Assembly: GCA_021810455.1 (NCBI GenBank)
Contig: JAJZIU010000002.1
Location: forward strand, 1-59,424
Length of the DNA: 59,424 nt
Origin: Candidatus Micrarchaeota archaeon
GTDB lineage: Archaea > Micrarchaeota > Micrarchaeia > Micrarchaeales > CABMGC01
Direction of reading: 5' to 3'
In this document: positions 9,662 to 18,204 of the stretch, one piece after another
How positions within the stretch are numbered: the first letter of the stretch is position 1
Layout of the letters: the number at the start of each line of letters is the position of its first letter
Program-made: the position numbers and the translations under genes
The notes under the pieces: generated by a model
Seen by the model: only the letters and a program-made list of their open reading frames with translations
Databases searched by the model: none
What the model was told of the DNA's origin: nothing

Positions 9662-10510
9662 ATGTCAAAGATAGTTGATGTGTTAAGACTTACAAGAATA
9701 GAACACAGTGTAATGCTAGTAATTGCCGTGGTAGCTGCCGAAATGATCACGAAGGCGCTGCCGAACTGGTACATATTAACACTGAGCATAATAACTCCGA
9801 TTTTCATAAGCATGGCTGCATTTGCAATAAACGATTATTTTGACATTGAAGTAGATAGGGCGAATATGAGAAAGAGACCATTGGTTAAAGGTACCCTCAA
9901 ACCGTCAGATGCATTGCACATTACGGTAGTTGGTATAGTTATAGGAGTAATTTCTAGCGCTTTCATAAACGTGTACTGCCTGGTTATTGCCATCTTATTT
10001 GGATTGCTTTCTGTGCTTTATAGTTATAGACTTAAGAGAATGCTGCTTTGGGGAAATATGTACATAGCGTTCTCCATGTCAATACCTTTTATATTCGGAA
10101 ATTTTGTAGTTAGCAGTAACATAAGCGCAGGGATAGCTTTGGTTTCCATAATGATATTCATTAGCGGAGTAGCGAGGGAAATACATGGAACCATTAGAGA
10201 TGTTAAAGGCGATAGAAAGAGAAACGCACAAACGATGCCGATACGATTTGGCACAGGTTTTTCTGCGGTTGTTGCTCTCATTCTTTATTTCATTGCGATA
10301 CTCATAAGTGCGTACCTAATCGCATTCGTACATCCGTTTAAGTACAATGTAGCATTCATTATTCCGATTTTAATAACTGATATGATTCTGGCATTTGTTT
10401 CGATAGGATATCTTATGAGAAGTAGCAGAGGTTTTTATGACTTATCAAGGAATTTGTCATTAGTGGCAATGGCTGTTGCGCTTTTGGCAATACTAGTGGC
10501 TCCAATTTAG
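9662..10510 (+). CDS. UbiA-family prenyltransferase, probably digeranylgeranylglyceryl-phosphate synthase
   Basis: NDYFDIEVDRANMRKRPL, YSYRLK, REIHGTIRDVKGD motifs; multiple TM helices. Confidence 0.85.
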   Translation: MSKIVDVLRLTRIEHSVMLVIAVVAAEMITKALPNWYILTLSIITPIFISMAAFAINDYFDIEVDRANMRKRPLVKGTLKPSDALHITVVGIVIGVISSAFINVYCLVIAILFGLLSVLYSYRLKRMLLWGNMYIAFSMSIPFIFGNFVVSSNISAGIALVSIMIFISGVAREIHGTIRDVKGDRKRNAQTMPIRFGTGFSAVVALILYFIAILISAYLIAFVHPFKYNVAFIIPILITDMILAFVSIGYLMRSSRGFYDLSRNLSLVAMAVALLAILVAPI

Positions 10511-10933
10511 TTCCTTGCGTAGAAGCTCCACATTTCTGCTCATTTCGGTAGGACTTATCTGTTTTGAGTGTTCTATTCCTTCATACACGCTGTTGTTATC
10601 CGTTTGAAACTTATCTTTTTCGTTACGCGGTATAAAATGGAAGTGCAGATGGGGAACAGTCATGCCGGAATATTCGCCAACCTGTGCAGTAAAATCATAA
10701 GAATCAGCGTTGTACAGTTTGAATATCACTGGTTTTATCGTATTTAATGTATTGAATATATCAACAACTTCGTTTTTTTCTAATGCAGTTATATCCGCAA
10801 CGTGTCTTCTGGGTATTAATAATGAGTGCCCTGGAAGCACGGGTTTTATATCATAAACCGCCATGGTGCTTTCGGTCAAATAAAACGCATTATTCAATAT
10901 ATCTTTATTGCAAAACGGATCAAACTTCATCAT
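10493..10933 (-). CDS. HIT-family nucleotide hydrolase
   Basis: PVLPGHSLLIPRRH and histidine triad VPHLHFHFIPR. Confidence 0.93.
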   Translation of the reverse strand: MMKFDPFCNKDILNNAFYLTESTMAVYDIKPVLPGHSLLIPRRHVADITALEKNEVVDIFNTLNTIKPVIFKLYNADSYDFTAQVGEYSGMTVPHLHFHFIPRNEKDKFQTDNNSVYEGIEHSKQISPTEMSRNVELLRKELNWSH

Positions 10934-12699
10934 TATCTTCGCCTTTGGGGCTTTTTGCCAATTTTTATCAGAATCGCGATGAGCGTGACCAGTATTGCTA
11001 TTATGACTATCGAGATTACAAGCAGTACATAATAGATTTGCGATATGCTTGTCTGAATCCCAGTTATCTCCCGTGTTACGTTCAGAGTGGAATTTGACTG
11101 GCTGATTATTGATGAGTTAAGTATGAGTTTGTTTGCATTGTTGAGATTTTTGGCAAGGACCGATACAGTGTATCCGGAAGACAAATTTGAAAGGTCGTTA
11201 GGTCTTAAGGATGACTCGTAAACATAGAACATTGCTTCGTTTCCGAATTGAGAAGGCCATACTCCAAACGTTGAATTCTTAGCGTTGGATATTGTCATGT
11301 TTTCAATTTCGCCTACAGTGTAGTTTGACATCAGATCGGGATTGTTCAGAACAGCAGCGTATATCGAACCGTACAACGCAGTACCATAATTGCTGTCATT
11401 ATAACTCTCCATTGCAGTTGAAAGATAGATATTGTTCCCGTAATTCTTTGCGATATTTATGTAGTTAAGCGCAGCGTATTTGACTTGTGGAGATAATTGT
11501 ATGTCTTGACCGCCCATCTGTGATGCAATAGAGTACATTTCGTTTGCGGCACCGCACCATTCTTGAGATGCAGAAGCAACGGATAACCCGTTCAGTATCT
11601 GATCGGTAGTTATGTTTGGTGTGTTTAGAGCCTGTATGTCGGATTGTATGTTATACAGTCCCCATTCCTGTCTCAATTGTCCACCTATAACATACTCGTA
11701 ATTGTTATTTGTCATTTGAGGAGGAGTCAAGGATGAACAGTATGTTGAGATGTTGTCAAGGAGTGCTTTAGTAGACCCAAGATTGTAATATTTTGTATTA
11801 GCCAGTACAAACGCATTTTGATATTGAAGGAATGCCAGATCCGCACCGACGTATAGATATCCTTTTTGTGCCATCTCGGCGTATTTGCTTAGCTGCTGAA
11901 GCATCTGTGCTTTTGTAACACCATAGGCGCTGGATATCGAATTTATTTCTAACGCGGTTTGATTTATAGTATAATTTGTAAGTGTGCCGAAATAACTGAC
12001 ATTGCAAATTGTACATGTTATGTTTGCATAAGGAAGATTATCTAGATTGTACGAAGAGGAGATGTTATACTGCAATGGCAGTATTGGATTGCCATTCGCA
12101 TAAGCATACTTTAGAGCTTGAGAAACGTTAGAAATCTCAACAATCGGCATACCTGACTGAGTTTGAGTTATGAAATAAAGAAGGTTATAAAAACTTCCGG
12201 GAGGGACTGCTGGTACCAATGCGTACTTCATACCCGAGGCCTTAGCAGCCTGCATTTTATCGTAAACGCCACCGATTTCCCCTATATCTCCATTGCTATT
12301 TATTGTACCTGTAACGGTAAAGTCGTTGTATAGTTGCTTGTGTTCTATGCCTGATATTGCAAGTAATGTGAATGCAAGTCCAGCACTTGGGCCGGATACG
12401 CTAACATTAGGGTCGTTTATGTAATAGGAAAAATTATAGTTGCTTGAGTTTATGCCAGTATAAGCTGCAGCGTACGTTACTGCAGACATTGCAGATTGTT
12501 GAGTACTTTGGCCAACAGAATAGGGACCGCTTACCGTAACGTGACCCGAACCAGGAGTTATATTGAGGCTTATTAATGTTAGCGCACCGGTATTTTGAGT
12601 TATTAGAACAGCCGGTGCATGTATTGAAGTGACATACGAGTGCACACTGAATAATGCAAACATTGTTGACAATACGAATATCTTCGTTGAAATTTCCAT
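10933..12699 (-). CDS. Secreted, membrane-anchored Lon-like (S16) serine protease without an ATPase domain
   Basis: Signal peptide; VSGPSAG (catalytic Ser), TGTINSNGDIGEIGGVYDK (catalytic Lys); C-terminal TM helix plus basic tail; alternative start 12723. Confidence 0.85.
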   Translation of the reverse strand: MEISTKIFVLSTMFALFSVHSYVTSIHAPAVLITQNTGALTLISLNITPGSGHVTVSGPYSVGQSTQQSAMSAVTYAAAYTGINSSNYNFSYYINDPNVSVSGPSAGLAFTLLAISGIEHKQLYNDFTVTGTINSNGDIGEIGGVYDKMQAAKASGMKYALVPAVPPGSFYNLLYFITQTQSGMPIVEISNVSQALKYAYANGNPILPLQYNISSSYNLDNLPYANITCTICNVSYFGTLTNYTINQTALEINSISSAYGVTKAQMLQQLSKYAEMAQKGYLYVGADLAFLQYQNAFVLANTKYYNLGSTKALLDNISTYCSSLTPPQMTNNNYEYVIGGQLRQEWGLYNIQSDIQALNTPNITTDQILNGLSVASASQEWCGAANEMYSIASQMGGQDIQLSPQVKYAALNYINIAKNYGNNIYLSTAMESYNDSNYGTALYGSIYAAVLNNPDLMSNYTVGEIENMTISNAKNSTFGVWPSQFGNEAMFYVYESSLRPNDLSNLSSGYTVSVLAKNLNNANKLILNSSIISQSNSTLNVTREITGIQTSISQIYYVLLVISIVIIAILVTLIAILIKIGKKPQRRR

Positions 12700-12730
12700 A
12701 TTTGTAAGATTAGAATAAAACATTTAAATT

Positions 12731-13113
12731 GATTGTGCCGACTCATCAGATTTGGAGGTCTGCGCATTATACCGTGGTTCTTTGACACAGCGAGCTAAAA
12801 ATACCAAAGAAACCTTTGGTAATGATTTTATAGAAAAATGAAAGGTTTGTTGGATGAAAGAGAAACACAGGCGACTATATGTATGCATAATGCTTATAAT
12901 GGCATTCGTATTATCTAAAATGAGACGATGGTAACGGACTGCGTGTCAGAGGACAGAGGAAAGTCACACTTATGGAGGGAAGTAAAACCCCAACAATAGG
13001 CATTATTCAACTATATGAGAACCGATAACACATTATTTGAAGTTGCGGTGATTGCATGAATGCAGATGAAGCCCATACTATTTGCGTTTGGAAGGATGTT
13101 ACACAATAGATGA
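12731..13113 (+). pseudogene. Degraded HAM1/RdgB-type (ITP/XTP pyrophosphatase) gene remnant
   Basis: Stitched translation ADSSDLEVCAL...KETFGNDFIEK/MKGLLDERE...NGIRII*...VSEDRGK resembles HAM1 motifs (DDSGLEVDAL; ETIGNEGIL; NGVRLF; VSEEIR); frameshift in an A-run at ~12835, stop at 12916; N-terminus absent. Confidence 0.5.
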
Positions 13114-13137
13114 AATAATTTATCAAGAGGATTATTT

Positions 13138-13872
13138 ATGGAGGGTTATGGAGTTTTTGAATTGAGAGACGTGCCTACAAAGTATGGGAATGTGCACGTG
13201 TCACGCAGGCGAGGAGAAGGTAAAAAACTTTTACTTATACATGGTCTGGCTTCAAGCATGAAAACCTGGTCAAGATTTGTAGGATTCATGCCAAAAAACA
13301 CGGATTTGTGCATGATAGACTTGTTGGGACATGGTTTGTCAGATTCACCGCGCATGGATTACACGCTGGATACACAATTGTATATACTGAAAAAGGTAAT
13401 AGAAACAGAGGAGTTTGATAACGCCTACTTGATGGGACATTCTTATGGAGGATGGATAGCAACAGCTTATGCGATGAGTAATAGCGTTAATGGATTGATA
13501 CTTGAAGATGCTGCTGGGCTCAAGGAATTTTATGATAATGTTAGAGGTACTGAAGAAAGAGAAGCGTTGAAAAAGAAGATGTTGCATACGGCACTCGAAC
13601 TAGGAGCAAAGGAACACGTTATAAAAAGCATTCTTGATGATGAATTTAGGGACGGGCAACTGACTGAAGATGATTTTTCAAGGATAAAAACCCACGCATT
13701 GATAATATGGGGTGAAAACGACCAGGTCATAGATCCTGCGTTTGCGCAGATATTCCATGATAGAATGGAAGGAAGCGAAGTAGTGATAATAAAAGGTTCA
13801 AAACACACCCCACATTTTACCAACCCAGAAGATGTTGCAAGGGAAGTGGAAAGATTTATTTCGAAAACATAG
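13138..13872 (+). CDS. Alpha/beta-fold hydrolase
   Basis: LIHGL, IDLLGHGLS, GHSYGG nucleophile elbow, WGENDQ, HTPH. Confidence 0.93.
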   Translation: MEGYGVFELRDVPTKYGNVHVSRRRGEGKKLLLIHGLASSMKTWSRFVGFMPKNTDLCMIDLLGHGLSDSPRMDYTLDTQLYILKKVIETEEFDNAYLMGHSYGGWIATAYAMSNSVNGLILEDAAGLKEFYDNVRGTEEREALKKKMLHTALELGAKEHVIKSILDDEFRDGQLTEDDFSRIKTHALIIWGENDQVIDPAFAQIFHDRMEGSEVVIIKGSKHTPHFTNPEDVAREVERFISKT

Positions 13873-14932
13873 TCAGCAGAGATTCTGCAACGTTTCCAGC
13901 TATACTTTGATAAGCCTCGCACGCGGTCCAGTTGGATGGTTCATTTCCACTTTTTATTTCTTTTCGTATTTCCTTAGCTGTTTGATTGTACCACATTTTT
14001 TTCAGGTAAAAATCGGATTCTCTTATATTTCCTATTTTTTTATCCCACATTATGGAAGGATATACGTTTCCAAAACTATCCATGAAAAGTGATGCATCAA
14101 GACTCCTGCTTTTTATCTGAGGTTTGCCGGTCAAGACATAATCCACAAGCCTTTTTAGGAATACGGTTTCTATGATCGGTATGGCTCCGAACTCGAATTT
14201 TCTATTCTTTATCAGGGTTTTTATTTCTTCGGCGACGATGTCCTTGTTTATCGATAGTGTCATCGATTCGTTCCTATAGTAAGAACCAGATATCTGCCCT
14301 ATGTTAAAATGAAAATCGTTATATCTGATGTTAGGAATTAGTTTTTTGACCTCTGAATAAGTAGTGCTGAAGGATCCTTGATTGAATGGACTTACAGTGT
14401 ATCCGAAAACAAAGAAAAGATTTTTGTACTGCTTGCTGAGTTCTTGAAGGTCTTTGAACATGCTTACTGCTTTTTCAAAGTTTCCAGGGATTCCCCTTAT
14501 TTTATCATGAAGTTCTTTGTATCCATCGAGGCTTACGGTAATGGAAAGTTTAGGTATTCCTATATCAAGCATTTCTTTTATTTTTCCAAGAACCATTTCC
14601 CTGTTGCATAATGAGTTGGTCGGCATGGTTACAAGATAGAGATCTTTGTTGTTTTTATGAAAGGTTCGCACTATATCAACGATGTCGCTTCGGAGGAACG
14701 GTTCTCCCCCGGTTATTTCTATCCACTTGAAGAAATTATTTTTTGAAGCAAAATTTTTAATTTCATCCAGAGTTAGTTCTCCCTTAGGACGAATATCCCA
14801 TATATTGCAGGTCAAACATCTGGATTGGCACCAGTAGGTAATCGCAAATGTCAACTTGTATGGATTTTTAAGTTCGGAGAAGTTGTTCCTGAGTGCTGTC
14901 AGCCCCAAACTGGTTAATTGGTTTACTGCCAT
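13856..14932 (-). CDS. Radical SAM protein with a degenerate SPASM/twitch-like C-terminus
   Basis: CQSRCLTC (CxxxCxxC), TGGEPFLR, VSLDG...HDKIRG, GNVYP...IGNI. Confidence 0.9.
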   Translation of the reverse strand: MAVNQLTSLGLTALRNNFSELKNPYKLTFAITYWCQSRCLTCNIWDIRPKGELTLDEIKNFASKNNFFKWIEITGGEPFLRSDIVDIVRTFHKNNKDLYLVTMPTNSLCNREMVLGKIKEMLDIGIPKLSITVSLDGYKELHDKIRGIPGNFEKAVSMFKDLQELSKQYKNLFFVFGYTVSPFNQGSFSTTYSEVKKLIPNIRYNDFHFNIGQISGSYYRNESMTLSINKDIVAEEIKTLIKNRKFEFGAIPIIETVFLKRLVDYVLTGKPQIKSRSLDASLFMDSFGNVYPSIMWDKKIGNIRESDFYLKKMWYNQTAKEIRKEIKSGNEPSNWTACEAYQSIAGNVAESLLTMFSK

Positions 14933-14975
14933 CTAATCCAATCTTATTATAAATGTTCTCAGATATTTAAGAGTT

Positions 14976-15653
14976 ATGTTAAAAGGGAAACGCGTTTCCA
15001 TAGTCATACCGACGTTAGATGAAGGCAAGAATATAGCAAAGGTGATAAAAGGCGTCAATGAAGTACTTGAAGGCATCGATCACGAAATACTGATAGTTGA
15101 CGGCATGTCTACCGATTCAACAGTAAGCATCGCAAAACGATTAGGAGCAAGAGTGATTTTTGATTCTGTTGGAAAAGGCCACGCGTTAAGAGAGGGTTTG
15201 GCAAAAGCACATGGAGACATATTGGTATCGATGGATGCGGATCTTTCAAACGAGCCTAAAGAACTCAGATTGCTCATAGACAGCATAGACATTGGTTACG
15301 ACATATGCATGGGATCACGATTCATAACTGGAGGAGGCACAGAGGACATGCCTGCAATAAGGAAATTTGGAAACAAACTGTTCGTAACACTAGTTAATCT
15401 GATATTCGGTTCACATTATAGCGATATGTGTTACGGATATAGGAGCTTCAGGAAAAGCGCATTTAAAAAACTCGACCTGAAGGAGAATGGATTCGGTATA
15501 GAAACCGAGATAAACATAAACGCTGCAAAGAAAAGACTTAAAGTGATAGAGATACCCAGCAATGAGAAAAAAAGAGTTGCCGGAGAAGCGAAACTAAGGA
15601 CGTTCAAGGATGGAGCCACAATATTAAAAACAATAATCAAGAATGTGGGTTAG
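14976..15653 (+). CDS. GT2 glycosyltransferase (dolichol-phosphate mannose synthase-like)
   Basis: SIVIPTLDE, VDGMSTD, GKGHAL, MDADLS DxD motif, GSRF. Confidence 0.92.
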   Translation: MLKGKRVSIVIPTLDEGKNIAKVIKGVNEVLEGIDHEILIVDGMSTDSTVSIAKRLGARVIFDSVGKGHALREGLAKAHGDILVSMDADLSNEPKELRLLIDSIDIGYDICMGSRFITGGGTEDMPAIRKFGNKLFVTLVNLIFGSHYSDMCYGYRSFRKSAFKKLDLKENGFGIETEININAAKKRLKVIEIPSNEKKRVAGEAKLRTFKDGATILKTIIKNVG

Positions 15654-16867
15654 TCTTCGAATAGTTTGTACAGTATTTTTGTATCGGCAACCATGTTGTC
15701 TATAATCGCATATTCGTTTGGTTGATGTGCCACGTCATCAACAGTACTCCACGCCACAGCATCCATCCCATTCTGTCTTAGAAATGAAGCGCATGTGCCA
15801 CCACCAATACCAACTTTTATAGGAGCACTTCCCATCGTTTCGGTTATTACTTTTGACAATAGTAAAACTAATTCAGAATCTATTGGGGTTCTGGTTGGTT
15901 TATTGTGAAGTATAGTTTCAATATCTATTTTGGTGTTTTTGGATTCTGAAGCTTCTGCTATTTTTCTAATTTCATGGGCTATTTTATCGAGATCATATCC
16001 AGGTAATATCCTACAATCCATATACGATACATCAGTTCCAGGGGCTATGTTTATGCTGTCGGTGTTTTTTTCATGTTTTGTCATCTCAAACGTGGACACA
16101 TTCGGATCAAACATCTCATCTTTCATGGAATATTTTTCATGAAGATGCTTATCTATTTCGTTTAGCAAGATTATGGCTTTTCTGAATGCGTTTTCCCCTA
16201 GTTCAGGAGTGCTCGCATGTACCTGCTTTCCGTGCACCGTTATTTTCAACCATAACATGCCTTTTTCTGCCACCTCTATTTGATTTCCTTTAGGGCTGCC
16301 GAAATCAGGAACAAGGAATAGATCGTTCTTTTTGAATACCCCTTCTTCGATAAGTTTGCGTATTCCATAAACGCTACCAACCTCTTCATCAGCAACCAAT
16401 GCCAAACCAAAATTATATTTGGATTTTAGCCTTAAATCTTTTGCAAGTTTCAGTGCATACATGGATGATACAACAGCTTGTCCGTTGTCGCATGAGCCCC
16501 TGCCATAAACCTTCCCGTTTTTAACTACAGCAGTGAATGGGTCTGTTCCCCATAATGACATATCTCCTTCGGATACAGTATCTATGTGGGGTATTAGCCA
16601 TAATGTCCTATCCGATACCCCTGATTTAACAACAATGTTTGAACGCAAAAAACCAGAACCATCATCATAATCGTATCTTTTTGTTTTGAATCCCCATTCT
16701 TTAAGGGTTTTTTCCAGGAAATCGGCTCTTTTCGATTCTCCCGTTCCTCCGGAAACCGGAGATACGGATTTTATGCTTATCATTGTGGATAATGTATACA
16801 CCATGTCTTTTCTGTAGGAATCGATCATTTCTTCAGATCTAGAAATATTTTTCACCTTAAAAACCAA
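15650..16867 (-). CDS. M20-family metallo-hydrolase (DapE/ArgE-like)
   Basis: HIDTV, YGRGSCDNG, ADEEVGS, HGKQVHASTP, AHQPNE. Confidence 0.92.
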   Translation of the reverse strand: MVFKVKNISRSEEMIDSYRKDMVYTLSTMISIKSVSPVSGGTGESKRADFLEKTLKEWGFKTKRYDYDDGSGFLRSNIVVKSGVSDRTLWLIPHIDTVSEGDMSLWGTDPFTAVVKNGKVYGRGSCDNGQAVVSSMYALKLAKDLRLKSKYNFGLALVADEEVGSVYGIRKLIEEGVFKKNDLFLVPDFGSPKGNQIEVAEKGMLWLKITVHGKQVHASTPELGENAFRKAIILLNEIDKHLHEKYSMKDEMFDPNVSTFEMTKHEKNTDSINIAPGTDVSYMDCRILPGYDLDKIAHEIRKIAEASESKNTKIDIETILHNKPTRTPIDSELVLLLSKVITETMGSAPIKVGIGGGTCASFLRQNGMDAVAWSTVDDVAHQPNEYAIIDNMVADTKILYKLFED

Positions 16868-16953
16868 TTTACAAATTAATGTTTATTTTTATAGATTTTT
16901 TGTATTGTGCCCAGTATGACTATTATATAAATACGATTACACTACACTTAAAT

Positions 16954-18204
16954 ATGCTAAAATTTGAGAAACAAATAAACGACAATGTACACGGATATAT
17001 AGGCCTAACTTCTGATGAGATAAAAGTAATAGATACAAAAATATTCCAACGGTTAAGGAACATAAAGCAGCTAGGAACAGCAGATCTGGTCTATCCGGGA
17101 GCCACACACACCAGATTTGCGCACTGTCTCGGTACAATGTTCGTACTGGATCAATTCGCAAAGAATACAGTACGTGAAGAGATAGACGATGACGAATTAC
17201 AAAAGTTAAGACTTGCGGCTTTAATGCACGACATAGGGCACTATCCGTTTTCACACGCTTTAGAGCATACAATAGTTAGAGAACTCGAAGGCAAAAATCA
17301 TGTTGAGTTTGGCATGAGTTTAATAAAAAGATTTATGTCAGACAAACTTGAAAGATTCAGTATTAATGAAATAATAGGCATAATGTCTGGGAAAAGAAAG
17401 GATGCTTTCGGCATGCTTATGTCATCAGCCCTTGATGCAGACAAAGCAGATTATATGCTGAGAGATTCATACAACGCAGGGGTTCCTTACGGACACATAG
17501 ACCTGTCTAGTCTGATGCGAATACTTACTTTCGAAAAAAATAGGATAGTTTTTGAAAAAGACGAAACGCCAGTGGAGAGTTTCTTGTTGGGCAGATATCA
17601 CTTGTACAGATCTGTGATTCACCATAAAGTTGTCGTGTCTTTTGGATTGATGCTTCAGAAAATATTCGAACTTCTAGTAAACGAGAATTACATAGAAGAC
17701 CCTAAATCGATCGTAAAGGAAAGTGAAGAAAAGATATCGGGATACACGGACGGTTTGGTGTACATGGCCATGCACGAGTACATACGCAGCGGAAAAAATC
17801 CACTCACTAGGGAATTGATCTTAATGTTTTTGGAGAGAAGGCCATTAGAATTGGCTTATGGGACTGCAGTAACGGCAAATACCGGAGAACCAGAGGAGTA
17901 TTCCTCCATAAAAAGAATGGAATCGAATAAGAGTGCCAAGAAGGTATTCTCCGAGAAAGCGAATGTGGAAAAAGAGTGGGTATTCCCAGTAGTGCTCAGG
18001 ACATTGGGATTGATAGATGAGGAAACGGAGATATACATAAGAAGAGGCAAGGACACAATCCGTTTGATCGATTCCAACGCGTTGGTTATGAAAATGATAG
18101 GAAAAAGAGTTCTGTTTGACGCGAGAATTTATACCAAACCAGGTAGTGGCAAAAAAATTTCAAAAGAATTTAGAAAGGAAAGAGGTTATGTGCATGTACA
18201 TTAG
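16954..18204 (+). CDS. HD-domain phosphohydrolase (SAMHD1/dNTP triphosphohydrolase-like)
   Basis: DNVHGYI, FQRLRNIKQLG, YPGATHTRFAHCLG, LMHDIGHYPFSH, DADKADYMLRD. Confidence 0.9.
   Translation: MLKFEKQINDNVHGYIGLTSDEIKVIDTKIFQRLRNIKQLGTADLVYPGATHTRFAHCLGTMFVLDQFAKNTVREEIDDDELQKLRLAALMHDIGHYPFSHALEHTIVRELEGKNHVEFGMSLIKRFMSDKLERFSINEIIGIMSGKRKDAFGMLMSSALDADKADYMLRDSYNAGVPYGHIDLSSLMRILTFEKNRIVFEKDETPVESFLLGRYHLYRSVIHHKVVVSFGLMLQKIFELLVNENYIEDPKSIVKESEEKISGYTDGLVYMAMHEYIRSGKNPLTRELILMFLERRPLELAYGTAVTANTGEPEEYSSIKRMESNKSAKKVFSEKANVEKEWVFPVVLRTLGLIDEETEIYIRRGKDTIRLIDSNALVMKMIGKRVLFDARIYTKPGSGKKISKEFRKERGYVHVH

Noticed and set aside
12956..12965. GAGGAAAGTC resembles the RNase P RNA P4 5' motif
   Set aside because: No complementary downstream P4 strand or GC-rich helices; the motif falls inside the HAM1-like reading (EDRGKS)
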